IMG/VR virus record: IMGVR_UViG_3300037042_002125
Span: 62,001 to 126,000 of that record
Length of the DNA: 64,000 bases
Reading direction: 5' to 3' (one strand)
The notes beneath the pieces were generated by a model. It did no database searches and was not told where the DNA came from. It saw nothing but the letters and a program-made list of their open reading frames with translations. Every line of letters begins with the position of its first letter. The stretch's first letter is position 1. The translations under genes and the position numbers were made by a program. This document shows positions 36,585 to 46,916 of this stretch, piece after piece.

Positions 36585-38144
36585 ATGCAACAATTCGATG
36601 TAAACGTTTTGATATTCACAGACTGCTCTGGGACCATATTTTCTAGAGCAGCAGGAGCCTACCGAATAGCAACAGAGCTCCGCAACAATGGGTACACTGT
36701 TCAAGTGGTCGACCACTTTTTGCTTGCAGGGTTACAAACCACTTTAGACCTTGTAGACAAATTTGTTGGGCCCTCGACTTTGTTTGTTGGGTTCTCAACC
36801 ACGTTTATGAACCCTGGGGAAATGCACCTCAAAGAGGCGGTTAAAGACACTAGCACAGTGTTCAAAGTAAACGGAGTTAAGACGAATCAGATCACAGCAC
36901 CAGCTATGATCTCCGTGAACCTACCTCTGACACGAAGCGACCTGCAGGTAATTCGCGATCGCATCTTGTCCAAATCTCCTAACGCCAAGTTGGTAATGGG
37001 TGGGGCAAAGACAGAGTACCGGGCAAAAGATCAAGTCCAGATAGATACATACCTATCTGGGTATGCGGATACCTCAGTAGTTGAGTACGTTAAGTACCTT
37101 GATGGCAAGAACCCGTTCTTTCAATTCAAGACAACACCCGATGGTCGAATGTTGATCGACCACGATGTAATGGCTGCCAATTTTGATTTCAAACACTCAA
37201 CCATCGAGTACCAAGAATCAGATTTCATATCGCCCGGCGAAGTGCTGCCTATAGAGATATCTCGGGGTTGCATTTTCAAATGCAAATTTTGCGCGTTTGT
37301 CTTGACCGGCAAAAAGAGAACAGACCACCTTAAGGATAGGGAGGTTCTGTACTCTGAGCTAATGCGTAATTACGAAAAGTTTGGTACCACCAAGTACCTA
37401 TTCTCTGATGACACTTACAACGACAGCGTAGCCAAGCTTGAGTACTTTGCAGAGACCTTCCGCAAGCTACCATTCAAGATTGAGTACGCGGCTTACTTGC
37501 GGCATGACCTAATAGCTACGTTCCCAGAAATGGCTGACCTGCTAATGGAAAGTGGAATCAAGTCTGCTATCTTCGGCCTTGAGACATTGAACCACACTGC
37601 AGGAAAGATTGTTGGCAAAGGCATGGACCCCAAAAAGATAAAGGAGATGCTACTGTGGTTGCGTAACGAAAAAGGTTGGGCCAAGAATATCCTTATGACC
37701 TCTGGTTTCATGGTCGGGTTGCCAACAGAGTCCCAAGAGACTGTTATGTCCTGGGCAGAAGAACTCTGGGACCCAACCTACCCCCTAGATTCATTCATCT
37801 TCTCTCCACTGACAATTTACCCTGACACAAACCGAATAGGCAAATCAGAGTTTGAGAAGGAGTACGAGAAGTACGGGTACTGGTTCGACCTTGCTGTATC
37901 ATCTGGTTGGATCAACGAGCACTGGGACTACGACAAGGCAAAGGTCTTCGCAAACTGGCTTACCACTGAGACAAATCGGAAAGGGAGAAGCCGAATGTTA
38001 GGCTTCCCTGCCATGATGGCTCATAACTACGGAGCAACGTGGGAGCAGATACATACTATGAGAGCCAGAAAATTTCTCCCCAACATATTTGCAAGGACAC
38101 AGGTGATGGCAAATAATTACCACTCAAAACTCCTTGCCTTATGA
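36585..38144 (+). CDS. B12-binding-domain radical SAM protein
   Basis: EISRGCIFKCKFC, SDDTYN, FGLET, FMVGLP; N-terminal VGFSTTF/MGG B12-like domain. Confidence 0.9.
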   Translation: MQQFDVNVLIFTDCSGTIFSRAAGAYRIATELRNNGYTVQVVDHFLLAGLQTTLDLVDKFVGPSTLFVGFSTTFMNPGEMHLKEAVKDTSTVFKVNGVKTNQITAPAMISVNLPLTRSDLQVIRDRILSKSPNAKLVMGGAKTEYRAKDQVQIDTYLSGYADTSVVEYVKYLDGKNPFFQFKTTPDGRMLIDHDVMAANFDFKHSTIEYQESDFISPGEVLPIEISRGCIFKCKFCAFVLTGKKRTDHLKDREVLYSELMRNYEKFGTTKYLFSDDTYNDSVAKLEYFAETFRKLPFKIEYAAYLRHDLIATFPEMADLLMESGIKSAIFGLETLNHTAGKIVGKGMDPKKIKEMLLWLRNEKGWAKNILMTSGFMVGLPTESQETVMSWAEELWDPTYPLDSFIFSPLTIYPDTNRIGKSEFEKEYEKYGYWFDLAVSSGWINEHWDYDKAKVFANWLTTETNRKGRSRMLGFPAMMAHNYGATWEQIHTMRARKFLPNIFARTQVMANNYHSKLLAL

Positions 38145-38974
38145 ATATCAACTTCACTCCGTTCACAGTTGAGTACCCTAGGTTCTCTACGCCCATAAAG
38201 TCCTTTCGAGAAGAGGCTGTGCAGGCTGTTGACTTGGCGGTAAGCAAGAACAAAGAAAACTTGCCGGTGGTGATTATGATGAGCGGCGGCGTTGATAGCG
38301 AGATAGTTGCCCAAGCATTCCTAGATGCCCACAGCCCTTTCTTGGCAGTCATTGGCCGTTTGGTAATCAACACACCCAACCATGTTCAGTATCTAAATAC
38401 TCATGATATAAAGTACGCAGAGGCTTGGTGTCAAACAAATATGATTTCGGTTTTATACTGTGATATTGATGTTTACCAAGATGCAAACAAGCTCTGTAAA
38501 TATGCGTTGGATGCCCAAGGGTTTAGTCCTCAGTATGCTTGCCATATGATGATTATGAAGTGGTGCTCTGACAACAGAATGTTCTTTGTTGCTGGTAACG
38601 GCGAGATGGATTTTGTACTCTACGAGAACGAATACCATATGCTGGACGAGCAACGTGAGCATACGTTGGGAAATTTTTGCAATGCTTATACCCTAAGAGG
38701 AGTATGGCAGTTTTGGAAACAAGATGCGAGGTGCGCTGCTGCTTTCCTTGAGCTACCAACAGTAAAACATTTGATGAGGCAAAGAGCAGCAAGGCTCCTT
38801 ACTCACAAGTACGCCTGCTTCTCTGATGTGTATAAGATAGAAGCAAGACCTAAGTACACTGGCTTTGAGTACATTCAAGAATGGGATAGCATATTGAGGA
38901 CCCGTCTAAAGCTCGACCATGACAAATTCGATGAAAAAGTTTACACACCACTTAATATTTTTAGGAGCCGTTAG
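38141..38974 (+). CDS. PP-loop (adenine nucleotide alpha-hydrolase) family protein
   Basis: MSGGVDSE motif. Confidence 0.7.
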   Translation: MNINFTPFTVEYPRFSTPIKSFREEAVQAVDLAVSKNKENLPVVIMMSGGVDSEIVAQAFLDAHSPFLAVIGRLVINTPNHVQYLNTHDIKYAEAWCQTNMISVLYCDIDVYQDANKLCKYALDAQGFSPQYACHMMIMKWCSDNRMFFVAGNGEMDFVLYENEYHMLDEQREHTLGNFCNAYTLRGVWQFWKQDARCAAAFLELPTVKHLMRQRAARLLTHKYACFSDVYKIEARPKYTGFEYIQEWDSILRTRLKLDHDKFDEKVYTPLNIFRSR

Positions 38975-38976
38975 CA

Positions 38977-39855
38977 ATGTATTGGAATAACACCAACACC
39001 AACACGCTTGACATTTCCCAGGTTGGGGCGTATAAACATTTTCCCCATATGAGTCCAACAAACCTCGACGGGTACAACTGTGATCCACTTGGACCCACAC
39101 CTATCTTGTTCTTAGGTTCCTGTGACCTAGATGGGCCAATAAAAGATACAAACCAAAGCTGGGCACGTTTGCTTCATGCTGACCTTTCCTTAGATGCGAA
39201 GAAGGGGCAACCCTTACCGTACATCGCTATGGGAAAAATGACAGCCGGGTTCATGGCCTTTCCTAGGAGATTAAATACCTTCTGTGAGAAATTTGGACCA
39301 CCTAACAAATTGTTTGCAGTCATACCTAGGCCAGCCGCAGTAGAGATCCCACTTAGCACGGGGGAACTAGTCAGCGTATCAAACAGACATTCTTTTGCAG
39401 ATTTCCTCAAAAAGCACGGACGCATCTCTGATATAGACTACAACTCTCTTGCTAACGCGTCTAAGTTCTTCCAGACGCAACTTCATAATGAGACTTACCA
39501 GCTGTACCAATTTGAACAAAGTGCTTCTTTCTTGGCTTTGATATGCAAGCATTACAAGATTGATTTTCGTTGGACTATGAACCTTAGTGCATCTGCGATT
39601 GCCTACTACCAAATCTATTTTACTTTGTTCATGGCAAACTGTCCTTTCATGCTTGAAAATTTTATTGGTACAGCCATAGCATCTGATTTCAGTTTTGATG
39701 GGAGCATGGGAGATAAGAGTCAGCATCAAATAGCTGACCTATTTATTCAGACAAAAAATTCCCGAGGGTTTGACATGGAGGAGACAATCTCTCTGTTGAA
39801 CATAAACCTTAACCTTGCTAATAGCATCACACCCAAAGTTCACAGGGCTTTATAA
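38977..39855 (+). CDS. hypothetical protein, possible SGNH-like fold
   Basis: ILFLGSC near N-terminus; weak. Confidence 0.55.
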   Translation: MYWNNTNTNTLDISQVGAYKHFPHMSPTNLDGYNCDPLGPTPILFLGSCDLDGPIKDTNQSWARLLHADLSLDAKKGQPLPYIAMGKMTAGFMAFPRRLNTFCEKFGPPNKLFAVIPRPAAVEIPLSTGELVSVSNRHSFADFLKKHGRISDIDYNSLANASKFFQTQLHNETYQLYQFEQSASFLALICKHYKIDFRWTMNLSASAIAYYQIYFTLFMANCPFMLENFIGTAIASDFSFDGSMGDKSQHQIADLFIQTKNSRGFDMEETISLLNINLNLANSITPKVHRAL

Positions 39856-39856
39856 C

Positions 39857-40522
39857 ATGAACCTCACTAAATCATATCTTTTCCCGCCAGTCCAAAGCTT
39901 GTTGTTGAAGAATTTGAACAACCGGCCTTACCTGCACGGGACTGCCATCGTCAAAGGTGTACTTGACGCATTGTGGAGCCAAGTAAGCTATGACATTTGC
40001 GATTTTGAGATCAGCTTGAAGAAGAAGCTAATGTCAAATGCAACCCTGTTCATTAACCGCGCAGGAGAGCGCCACGGGTATGAACCTGAGAAAGAAGACA
40101 TAGTCGTATCTGGCACCTTCTCTTGCGAAGGTATACCTTACGAGTTCCAACTGACTCCTACTTTGATACCTTGTACTGACATACTGGTCGTTGATGAAAA
40201 GGCCTTGGCTGCCCGCATGTATGAAACTGATTCATCTTGGAGTATGGATGTCACTCCCGATGATGATATTCATATCTGCATCAACGAAGTGTCAAAGACA
40301 TCTAACCAATTGATGTTTGCTGTACAACCTGGTATTGTTATGTCACCAGATAAGCAAACATGGTTTGTTGGGTACAAACTTCCCTCTCTTAATTTCCTAT
40401 CTGAACCAGCAACTCAAGTAGGCGTATCAAAAGGGTACAGGATGTTGAGCCCTAACCGAATGATGCGTTGGATTTCTGTTAACCGCCAAATTGTTGGTGA
40501 GCGTATTTGCGTTTATGCCTAG
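39857..40522 (+). CDS. hypothetical protein, possible hotdog-fold enzyme
   Basis: NRPYLHGT motif; weak. Confidence 0.5.
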   Translation: MNLTKSYLFPPVQSLLLKNLNNRPYLHGTAIVKGVLDALWSQVSYDICDFEISLKKKLMSNATLFINRAGERHGYEPEKEDIVVSGTFSCEGIPYEFQLTPTLIPCTDILVVDEKALAARMYETDSSWSMDVTPDDDIHICINEVSKTSNQLMFAVQPGIVMSPDKQTWFVGYKLPSLNFLSEPATQVGVSKGYRMLSPNRMMRWISVNRQIVGERICVYA

Positions 40523-40530
40523 GATCAAAA

Positions 40531-41484
40531 ATGGTTCATGATAACTATTACCGGTGTTACTACAACAGCGACCCCAAACACGTTGTTAGGAAAGATATCC
40601 ATGATAGATGGGAGCAGCACTTTTCAAAGGACATCTTGGATGGTCGTCATGTGCTTACCTTCCAGCATGAGACTCACATAGCCTGTGGTTTCATTTTTGA
40701 CAAATTTAGGAAGTACACTAAGAAAGTAAACCTGTTCTTTAGTGGTGGCATGGACTCTGAATGTCTTTTACGAAGTTTTTGCTATCTCAAGATTCCAGTT
40801 AACCCAATTGTACTCGTACACGTTCATGAACCAAAGTCAAACGAGACACTTAACGCCTTTGCAGTATGTAAAGAGTTAGGCATAGTCCCTACTATATTCA
40901 AAGTTGACCTACCCACGTTGTACAACTCTGGCGTACTACATGATTTGGGACGAAAATATCAGACAGCAAGACTCGGTCAGCTTGAGCTTATCTACGTAAT
41001 GACTAAGCTGGCAATACCTTGCATCCTTGCCGACGATATTCAGATGGTGTACCAAAGCACAGGCGAAGACTTGTTGCACACAGACGCGCATGAAACAAAA
41101 TATCAGCAATGGTTGTATGAGGTGCGTGAGGACGAAGATGGTCTGTACAATCGCTACGAGTCTCTTACTGGCATACCAACGATAGCTGATTCTTTTAGGT
41201 ACACACCCCACCTATGGGCTGCCATGATTCTAGCTAAAGATATTAGATACCTTGTTACACATTCTGCAGGACGAGTATCTAGCTACTCAACGAAAAATAT
41301 AATGATGAGCAAAGAGTTTTCTGTACCAAACAGAGAAAAGACGAACGTGTTTTCTTTTGGTCCACACTTTGCTACAGCTAAAGCTCTCAGAGAAGACTTG
41401 GAGCAAGAACTATTCCCGTTCACAATAGCCAGGTTGCCCTATAAACAGTTACTAACAACATTGGGGATTAAATATGAAATGTAA
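40531..41484 (+). CDS. PP-loop family protein (paralog of 38141)
   Basis: FSGGMDSE motif. Confidence 0.7.
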   Translation: MVHDNYYRCYYNSDPKHVVRKDIHDRWEQHFSKDILDGRHVLTFQHETHIACGFIFDKFRKYTKKVNLFFSGGMDSECLLRSFCYLKIPVNPIVLVHVHEPKSNETLNAFAVCKELGIVPTIFKVDLPTLYNSGVLHDLGRKYQTARLGQLELIYVMTKLAIPCILADDIQMVYQSTGEDLLHTDAHETKYQQWLYEVREDEDGLYNRYESLTGIPTIADSFRYTPHLWAAMILAKDIRYLVTHSAGRVSSYSTKNIMMSKEFSVPNREKTNVFSFGPHFATAKALREDLEQELFPFTIARLPYKQLLTTLGIKYEM

Positions 41485-42034
41485 GGAACTATCTGGCGCT
41501 AATTATTTCGAGTACGACAGACTCGTAGCAGCAGCCAATATAAAAAACAATGGATACCCAAGACCTTCCCTACTGGCGTTAGAGAACTTTTATTTCAACG
41601 ATGAGGAGAAGATGCACAAGGTCTTTGGTGTCTATGATGACAACAACGTCTTGAACGCTTGCATCTTCATCCACTTCTCTGCTAATGCCCGCTACTGGAA
41701 ACTGGCGTATGTGGTCAAGCAACCGTTTGCGCCTTTCAACTGTCTTGCATTTGCATTTGATGAAGCTTTCAAATATGCGGAGAGTATAAAATATTATCAC
41801 GGATACGTTAAGCTCTTTGCTGGGGTTGATGCCCGTTGGGAGAACTGGCTAAGCAGACGATCTGAGATGTTCAGACGATACACTGTTGCAACAGAAGAAG
41901 TTATACCACCAAATAAGAAGTCCTCTTTCGGTATGTACTGGAATGAAATACAACTTGGTATCACGTACGCCCGCCCTGTGCTCGTAAAAATTTATAGCCT
42001 ACCTGATAACCTAAGGATATTTAGTTATGAGTGA
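41474..42034 (+). CDS. hypothetical protein, possible GNAT fold
   Basis: VFGVYDD...ACIFI strand pattern; weak. Confidence 0.55.
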   Translation: MKCKELSGANYFEYDRLVAAANIKNNGYPRPSLLALENFYFNDEEKMHKVFGVYDDNNVLNACIFIHFSANARYWKLAYVVKQPFAPFNCLAFAFDEAFKYAESIKYYHGYVKLFAGVDARWENWLSRRSEMFRRYTVATEEVIPPNKKSSFGMYWNEIQLGITYARPVLVKIYSLPDNLRIFSYE

Positions 42035-42485
42035 CACTCTCTTATCTACCGTAAAGGGGACAGGCGGTGCTCAGGATATGCAAGTAAGATATGCTAGCAG
42101 CATAAACGGGTGCCCTGCAATTGTCCTTTTTCTATCTGCCTACTCCGCGTTAATTGAAGCGAACAACACTCAACCCCTTCTTCTTACTACAAACAAGAGT
42201 GAAGTTATTTATGCGATAGTAAACAAGACTGTAGTTGGTGTGTTAATGTTTGTAGTTTACGCAGATACTTATAAAACAGTATTAGTCCAATTTGTTCACG
42301 TTACTCCTGACCATAGGGGAGCCAGAATTTTCCAACATATGTTCACTGCTCTAGAACAACGTGTTAAGGCTTTTGGGTGCAAAAAGATAACAGGTAACAT
42401 ACACATCAAGAACAAAGATATGCTAACGGCTATGACTAGGATTGGAGCATTTGCAACTTTTTATAAAGTAGAGAAGAACTTATGA
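42027..42485 (+). CDS. GNAT acetyltransferase
   Basis: HVTPDHRGARIF motif A; IHIKN. Confidence 0.8.
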   Translation: MSDTLLSTVKGTGGAQDMQVRYASSINGCPAIVLFLSAYSALIEANNTQPLLLTTNKSEVIYAIVNKTVVGVLMFVVYADTYKTVLVQFVHVTPDHRGARIFQHMFTALEQRVKAFGCKKITGNIHIKNKDMLTAMTRIGAFATFYKVEKNL

Positions 42486-42916
42486 CCAAAAGAAGGTCTA
42501 GTGTTCCGCCCAGTCCTTACTATGCGGCTATCCTAAAGTCTCTTGAGTATGTTGGTCCAATGACTATCAAAGAGATAGCAAGGTACTTAGACGTTCAGTT
42601 CCAAATGGTTTCACACCACTTGAGGGTCATGCGTAGTGAAGGAAAACCCATATACAAGGTTGATTGGGAGCTCAAAGAAATTAAAGGGCGTCGCAGCCCA
42701 ATTTATGGTTTAGGAACTAAAGATATTTGTGATGATGTTCCTGAGCCACCTCCCATATCGCGCCAAGAGCAGAAGCGGCGTTACTACGAGAAGACTAAAC
42801 TTCTAATCAATCTTAAGGCGTACGGTGAACGTTCTGGAATGAATAGGGTAAACAATATATTTGGCCTAACATCGAACACTGTAAATACAGATAGCAACAC
42901 AGAAAGCAAACTATGA
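42482..42916 (+). CDS. winged-helix DNA-binding protein
   Basis: GPMTIKEIARYL...VSHHLRVM. Confidence 0.75.
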   Translation: MTKRRSSVPPSPYYAAILKSLEYVGPMTIKEIARYLDVQFQMVSHHLRVMRSEGKPIYKVDWELKEIKGRRSPIYGLGTKDICDDVPEPPPISRQEQKRRYYEKTKLLINLKAYGERSGMNRVNNIFGLTSNTVNTDSNTESKL

Positions 42917-43307
42917 GCACACCACCTTTTACGCTTAAACCGCTTGTAAGTGAGATCCGATATATTTGTCATTACTGGAAGGAGTTTGGAGACTATGGCA
43001 CTACCTTGTGACAAACCTAATGAGTGTAGGCTGCAAGAAGAAATGCGGACCAAGATAGAACAACTCAACTCTATATTCACAAGCAAACACTGTGAGATGG
43101 AGGTTGGTACCTTTAGGGGGTATGCGTATCATCAGGTCTCCTGACGGTTATAAGTCTGGGTTAATTCCTGACATTACGCCACTATTAACGACCTTGCAAG
43201 AAGATTTGAAGGCTGACAAAGTTAGGTTCAAGCAACAAGAACACAAGCAACTCTCAAAAATAGCCCTGGGGCCCAAACGCGGTCGTTGGGCATAACGAAA
43301 GACAACA

Positions 43308-43526
43308 ATGGCAAAAATAACAAAACTCTCCTTGACGTTGGTACGCAAGCTCAGTGATGGCAACTACGGAACGTACGGCGCAGAGGTCACAGTCGAAGCT
43401 CAACTCGAAGATGGCGACGATGTCAAGGACGTTAAATCGAACCTTCGTAAATCAGCATTGAAGGATTTGGAGCGCGCCATCGAAGTGATAGCCCCAGAAG
43501 AGCCGAAGGCCAAGAAAAAGAAATGA
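43308..43526 (+). CDS. hypothetical protein
   Basis: 72-aa ORF. Confidence 0.65.
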   Translation: MAKITKLSLTLVRKLSDGNYGTYGAEVTVEAQLEDGDDVKDVKSNLRKSALKDLERAIEVIAPEEPKAKKKK

Positions 43527-43798
43527 AGTACACAACCAAGCCTTCTATTGTTGAAGCTACTCAGTGGTTCAAGGATGGAGACCATCCCCTTGTACAAGGT
43601 GCTAATCCAAAGGCTTTATGCGGTTGCATCATGTTAGGTGGTCCAGGTAGTAGCCCTCATGTTCACGATAAAGGTACACAAATCGGAAGCACATTAGTTT
43701 TTGCTGGGGACTGGATAGTCACTGAAGGGGATATTGTATGTGTAATGTCGAACCAAAAATTTAGAGAAACGTACACAGAGCTAAAGGATCAGCCATGA
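43523..43798 (+). CDS. phage hypothetical protein (KP..VEA.QW...GDWIV...F.ETY)
   Basis: recognisable small phage protein pattern. Confidence 0.7.
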   Translation: MKYTTKPSIVEATQWFKDGDHPLVQGANPKALCGCIMLGGPGSSPHVHDKGTQIGSTLVFAGDWIVTEGDIVCVMSNQKFRETYTELKDQP

Positions 43799-44691
43799 AG
43801 ATTGCAATTACTGGGGCGTCAGGTTTCATTGGTCGTAACTGTCTCGATCACTGGCCTGACGCCTTATCATTTGATAAACGTATAACAACGCACCATATAA
43901 CTCACTGTCAAGATATGCTGTGGGGTGAAAATCAGATATACGACTTTGCTGGCGTTGACGCCGTTGTTCACTTGGCTAGTGAGACCTCTGTTCGTAGCGG
44001 ACTAAGTTGCAAAGAGCTCCTACGCATCAACGTAGGGTTGGCAATGAATGTATATGAATCCTGCGTAGAGCACAAAGTACCTTTGATGATAAACGCATCT
44101 TCTAGTTCTGTGTACGGCAATATCCCGCCACCGTTTAGTGAGGAGCAAGTTCCTCACCCTATGTCTAACTATTCTGTGTCTAAGCTTGCTGCCGAACATT
44201 GGTTAAATCTTGCAGCAGACCAGACAGAAGGTTCAGGTCCTTCGATAGTAAACCTTCGTCTGTTTAATGCCCTTGGATCTTACCAAAGGGAGAATATGTT
44301 TCCCTACATCATCTTGGATTGCTTACGCCTAGGTGTACCTGTGCCTCTCTTTAGTGAGATGTACAGGGCATGGACTCCTGTTGACTACATAGTGAAGTGC
44401 ATTGACATGTTGATCACAGAAGGTAATTATGCCAAGGGAGCGAGCTATACGTTCAACTATGGTAATAACACTCCTCTTACGCAGGTGCAATTTATTGCAA
44501 TTATGGCAGATAAACTAAACATAGATATTCCAACAGAAAAGGTTGCTGGGGGATCTAGGCTAGAGATGGCCATAACTTTACCCGATGTGCTGGCAATACG
44601 CAGGTTTATAGATCCGCCTTTACCTGGTGCAAAACAGATCGGAGATGCTATTGCTGATGTGTTTGCCTACTACAATTCAGATCGAGTGTGA
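43795..44691 (+). CDS. NAD-dependent epimerase/dehydratase (extended SDR)
   Basis: TGASGFIG, HLAS, ASSSSVYG, YSVSK. Confidence 0.92.
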   Translation: MKIAITGASGFIGRNCLDHWPDALSFDKRITTHHITHCQDMLWGENQIYDFAGVDAVVHLASETSVRSGLSCKELLRINVGLAMNVYESCVEHKVPLMINASSSSVYGNIPPPFSEEQVPHPMSNYSVSKLAAEHWLNLAADQTEGSGPSIVNLRLFNALGSYQRENMFPYIILDCLRLGVPVPLFSEMYRAWTPVDYIVKCIDMLITEGNYAKGASYTFNYGNNTPLTQVQFIAIMADKLNIDIPTEKVAGGSRLEMAITLPDVLAIRRFIDPPLPGAKQIGDAIADVFAYYNSDRV

Positions 44692-44756
44692 TCAAACCAC
44701 ACTACACCATACTGTAAATTAGAAGTGTTCGAACATGAACAATTTTAAGGAACAGT

Positions 44757-45650
44757 ATGAAACACATGGACCCGAATCCTAAATCGGCCCATAAGAAGAT
44801 TGCCTTTACTGGAACCAATTCCAGCGGCAAGACTACTATGGCTATGGAAGTATGCTCAAGACTTAAACGTGATCACCACGTCCTAGCTGAGCTTGTATCT
44901 TCTCAAGACCGAAAGATCACTTGGAAGGACGATCACTTCCCTGTCGACCCACGTGCCCACTACGGCATGATCACAAATCTCATCCACGCAGAGGTCCAAG
45001 CAGAGCTCAAAGGTGATGCTGATGTTGTCATCACTGATCTCTCTGTTCTGGACCTTTATGCGATCGCCCTTACTGACCACCCCGATAGCCAAATGATAAA
45101 GGCGTTGGGTGTTGCAGTTGATGCTTGGGCCAAAACCTACACTCGAATCTTTTACCTGTCGCCTTTGGCATATCAAGAAGACGGCAAGCGGCCACTTGAC
45201 GAGTTCCGCATGATGACTCACGCTACTCTCATGCAACTGATCGGCACAGGCAATTACCCAAACGTTATCACAATTGACCGGCCAGAAATCTTCAAGACGA
45301 TTCTGGGTTTGTTGCGTATATCTGTAAAGAACGATGTGTTTGCTGAGTACGAGAAGTGGCAACTCCTTGCCGACACTTTCAAGATAACTTTGATAGTTAA
45401 GGAGAGGAATAGCAGCACATCTGATCAAGACGTTTGGTACAGCTACGAAAATAATAATCGTGGCACCCTCTCTGCGTATATTTCAGAAGCAAGCAACATT
45501 AAAGCTTTTGCGAAGCTTCTGTTTGGCGATCAATTTAAGATCGACCTCATGTTCGCCCCACCTGTGCCTTGGCATAAGGTTCCATTTGTTGCTGTAAAGT
45601 ACATGCCTACTGGACCTGACACTGCATTGACACATGAGGACGCACAATGA
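44757..45650 (+). CDS. P-loop nucleotide kinase (AAA_28/NadR-like) with extra C-terminal domain
   Basis: GTNSSGKTT, TDLSVLD, EDGKR. Confidence 0.8.
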   Translation: MKHMDPNPKSAHKKIAFTGTNSSGKTTMAMEVCSRLKRDHHVLAELVSSQDRKITWKDDHFPVDPRAHYGMITNLIHAEVQAELKGDADVVITDLSVLDLYAIALTDHPDSQMIKALGVAVDAWAKTYTRIFYLSPLAYQEDGKRPLDEFRMMTHATLMQLIGTGNYPNVITIDRPEIFKTILGLLRISVKNDVFAEYEKWQLLADTFKITLIVKERNSSTSDQDVWYSYENNNRGTLSAYISEASNIKAFAKLLFGDQFKIDLMFAPPVPWHKVPFVAVKYMPTGPDTALTHEDAQ

Positions 45651-46234
45651 TAACACCACGACAAGAAGCTACTGTCAAGGCGCAAAAGCTTAGCCTGTTC
45701 GAACTATCGTGTGCCGCGTTCAAGATCGACATGCTTGAACGCGTAGCCTTAGAACGCCTTGCAACACTACCTAACGAGATATTGCCTATTGGTGGGCTGT
45801 ACGTTGGCACAAGTGGCGGAAAAGATTCTGTAGCAGTTCATCATTTGATGAGTAAGACTGATCTGACTTGGTCAGTTCTCCATACAAACAAACCAGAGGA
45901 TGTTCATCCTTTAACAAAAGACTTCCTGTACCGCAGGCAGTATCCTATTCTGTATGTACCTAAGGGTGCGGCCATGCCTGCACATTTGCGAACTCAGTTC
46001 GATGGGTCAAGGGCATCTGAGTACAATAGGGCAGATGGCCGTTCCACTGATTTCATTGTAGGCGGAGTATCTGTGTCAAGGGATAAGATGCCTCTGTATG
46101 TTACCAACGGGTTGTTTGGCCTAAACTTTGTGTTTCCTATGTACGACTGGTCAGATGAAGAAGTGTGGGCGTATATATTCGGGAACGACATTGAGTACAG
46201 CGACGAATATCTCATTCCAAAGGATGCAGCATGA
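45647..46234 (+). CDS. PAPS reductase-family (PP-loop) protein
   Basis: SGGKDS, GSRASE, PMYDWSDEEVWAYI. Confidence 0.85.
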   Translation: MITPRQEATVKAQKLSLFELSCAAFKIDMLERVALERLATLPNEILPIGGLYVGTSGGKDSVAVHHLMSKTDLTWSVLHTNKPEDVHPLTKDFLYRRQYPILYVPKGAAMPAHLRTQFDGSRASEYNRADGRSTDFIVGGVSVSRDKMPLYVTNGLFGLNFVFPMYDWSDEEVWAYIFGNDIEYSDEYLIPKDAA

Positions 46235-46902
46235 AGACACTGATCCTTGCACCGCACGTTGATGACGAACTTATTGGCTGTTATCAAGTTCTTGAAGATT
46301 ACAGGCATGGTCCAAAAGAAAATGATTTGGATGTCATATGGCTCTACGAGACAACTGAGGAACGACTAACAGAAGGTCATCGCCTTGCAGAGTACTTTGG
46401 GTTTACTGGTGCTGCTGTGTTTAGTGCCCAGGTTCCTGAGCTTATATACCGAGGTAAGTACGACAAGATCTACGTACCAGCACGTCAGGATTGGCACATA
46501 GATCACAAGATGACCAACCAGCTGTTCAGAGAATTCGCTACTAACTTCTACTCTGTAGATATGGTTATGGGCGTTCCCTTGTCTGAGAAGGCTAGCAATA
46601 ACAAGAGAGTGCTGTTAGACACATTCTACCCAAGTCAAGCAAAGCTATGGGAGTACGATGCAAAGTATTACCTGTTTACTGCCGTCTACGAGACAGATAT
46701 CCACAGCTACGTCCGGAGACGCTACGGGTTCTTCTCAATAACCGCACCAGCCAACTACGTTGAAGAAATCAATTCGATCGTCTTACAAAACATGGACGAC
46801 TTCAACAAGTGCCAAGTCAAAGCGTTCAACAAATTGGTTAGCGTATGCCTATCTGGTGAGCTACGGTTTGATCACATCAACGGTTGCATTTTTAAGATCT
46901 AA
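46231..46902 (+). CDS. PIG-L/LmbE-family deacetylase
   Basis: APHVDDE and HIDH motifs. Confidence 0.85.
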   Translation: MKTLILAPHVDDELIGCYQVLEDYRHGPKENDLDVIWLYETTEERLTEGHRLAEYFGFTGAAVFSAQVPELIYRGKYDKIYVPARQDWHIDHKMTNQLFREFATNFYSVDMVMGVPLSEKASNNKRVLLDTFYPSQAKLWEYDAKYYLFTAVYETDIHSYVRRRYGFFSITAPANYVEEINSIVLQNMDDFNKCQVKAFNKLVSVCLSGELRFDHINGCIFKI

Positions 46903-46916
46903 AAGAGGAACACATC

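Noticed and set aside
42913-43295. Three short overlapping ORFs in different frames (possible pseudogene or recoding)
   Set aside because: No recognisable protein or slippery site; cannot separate small genes from decay or sequence error.
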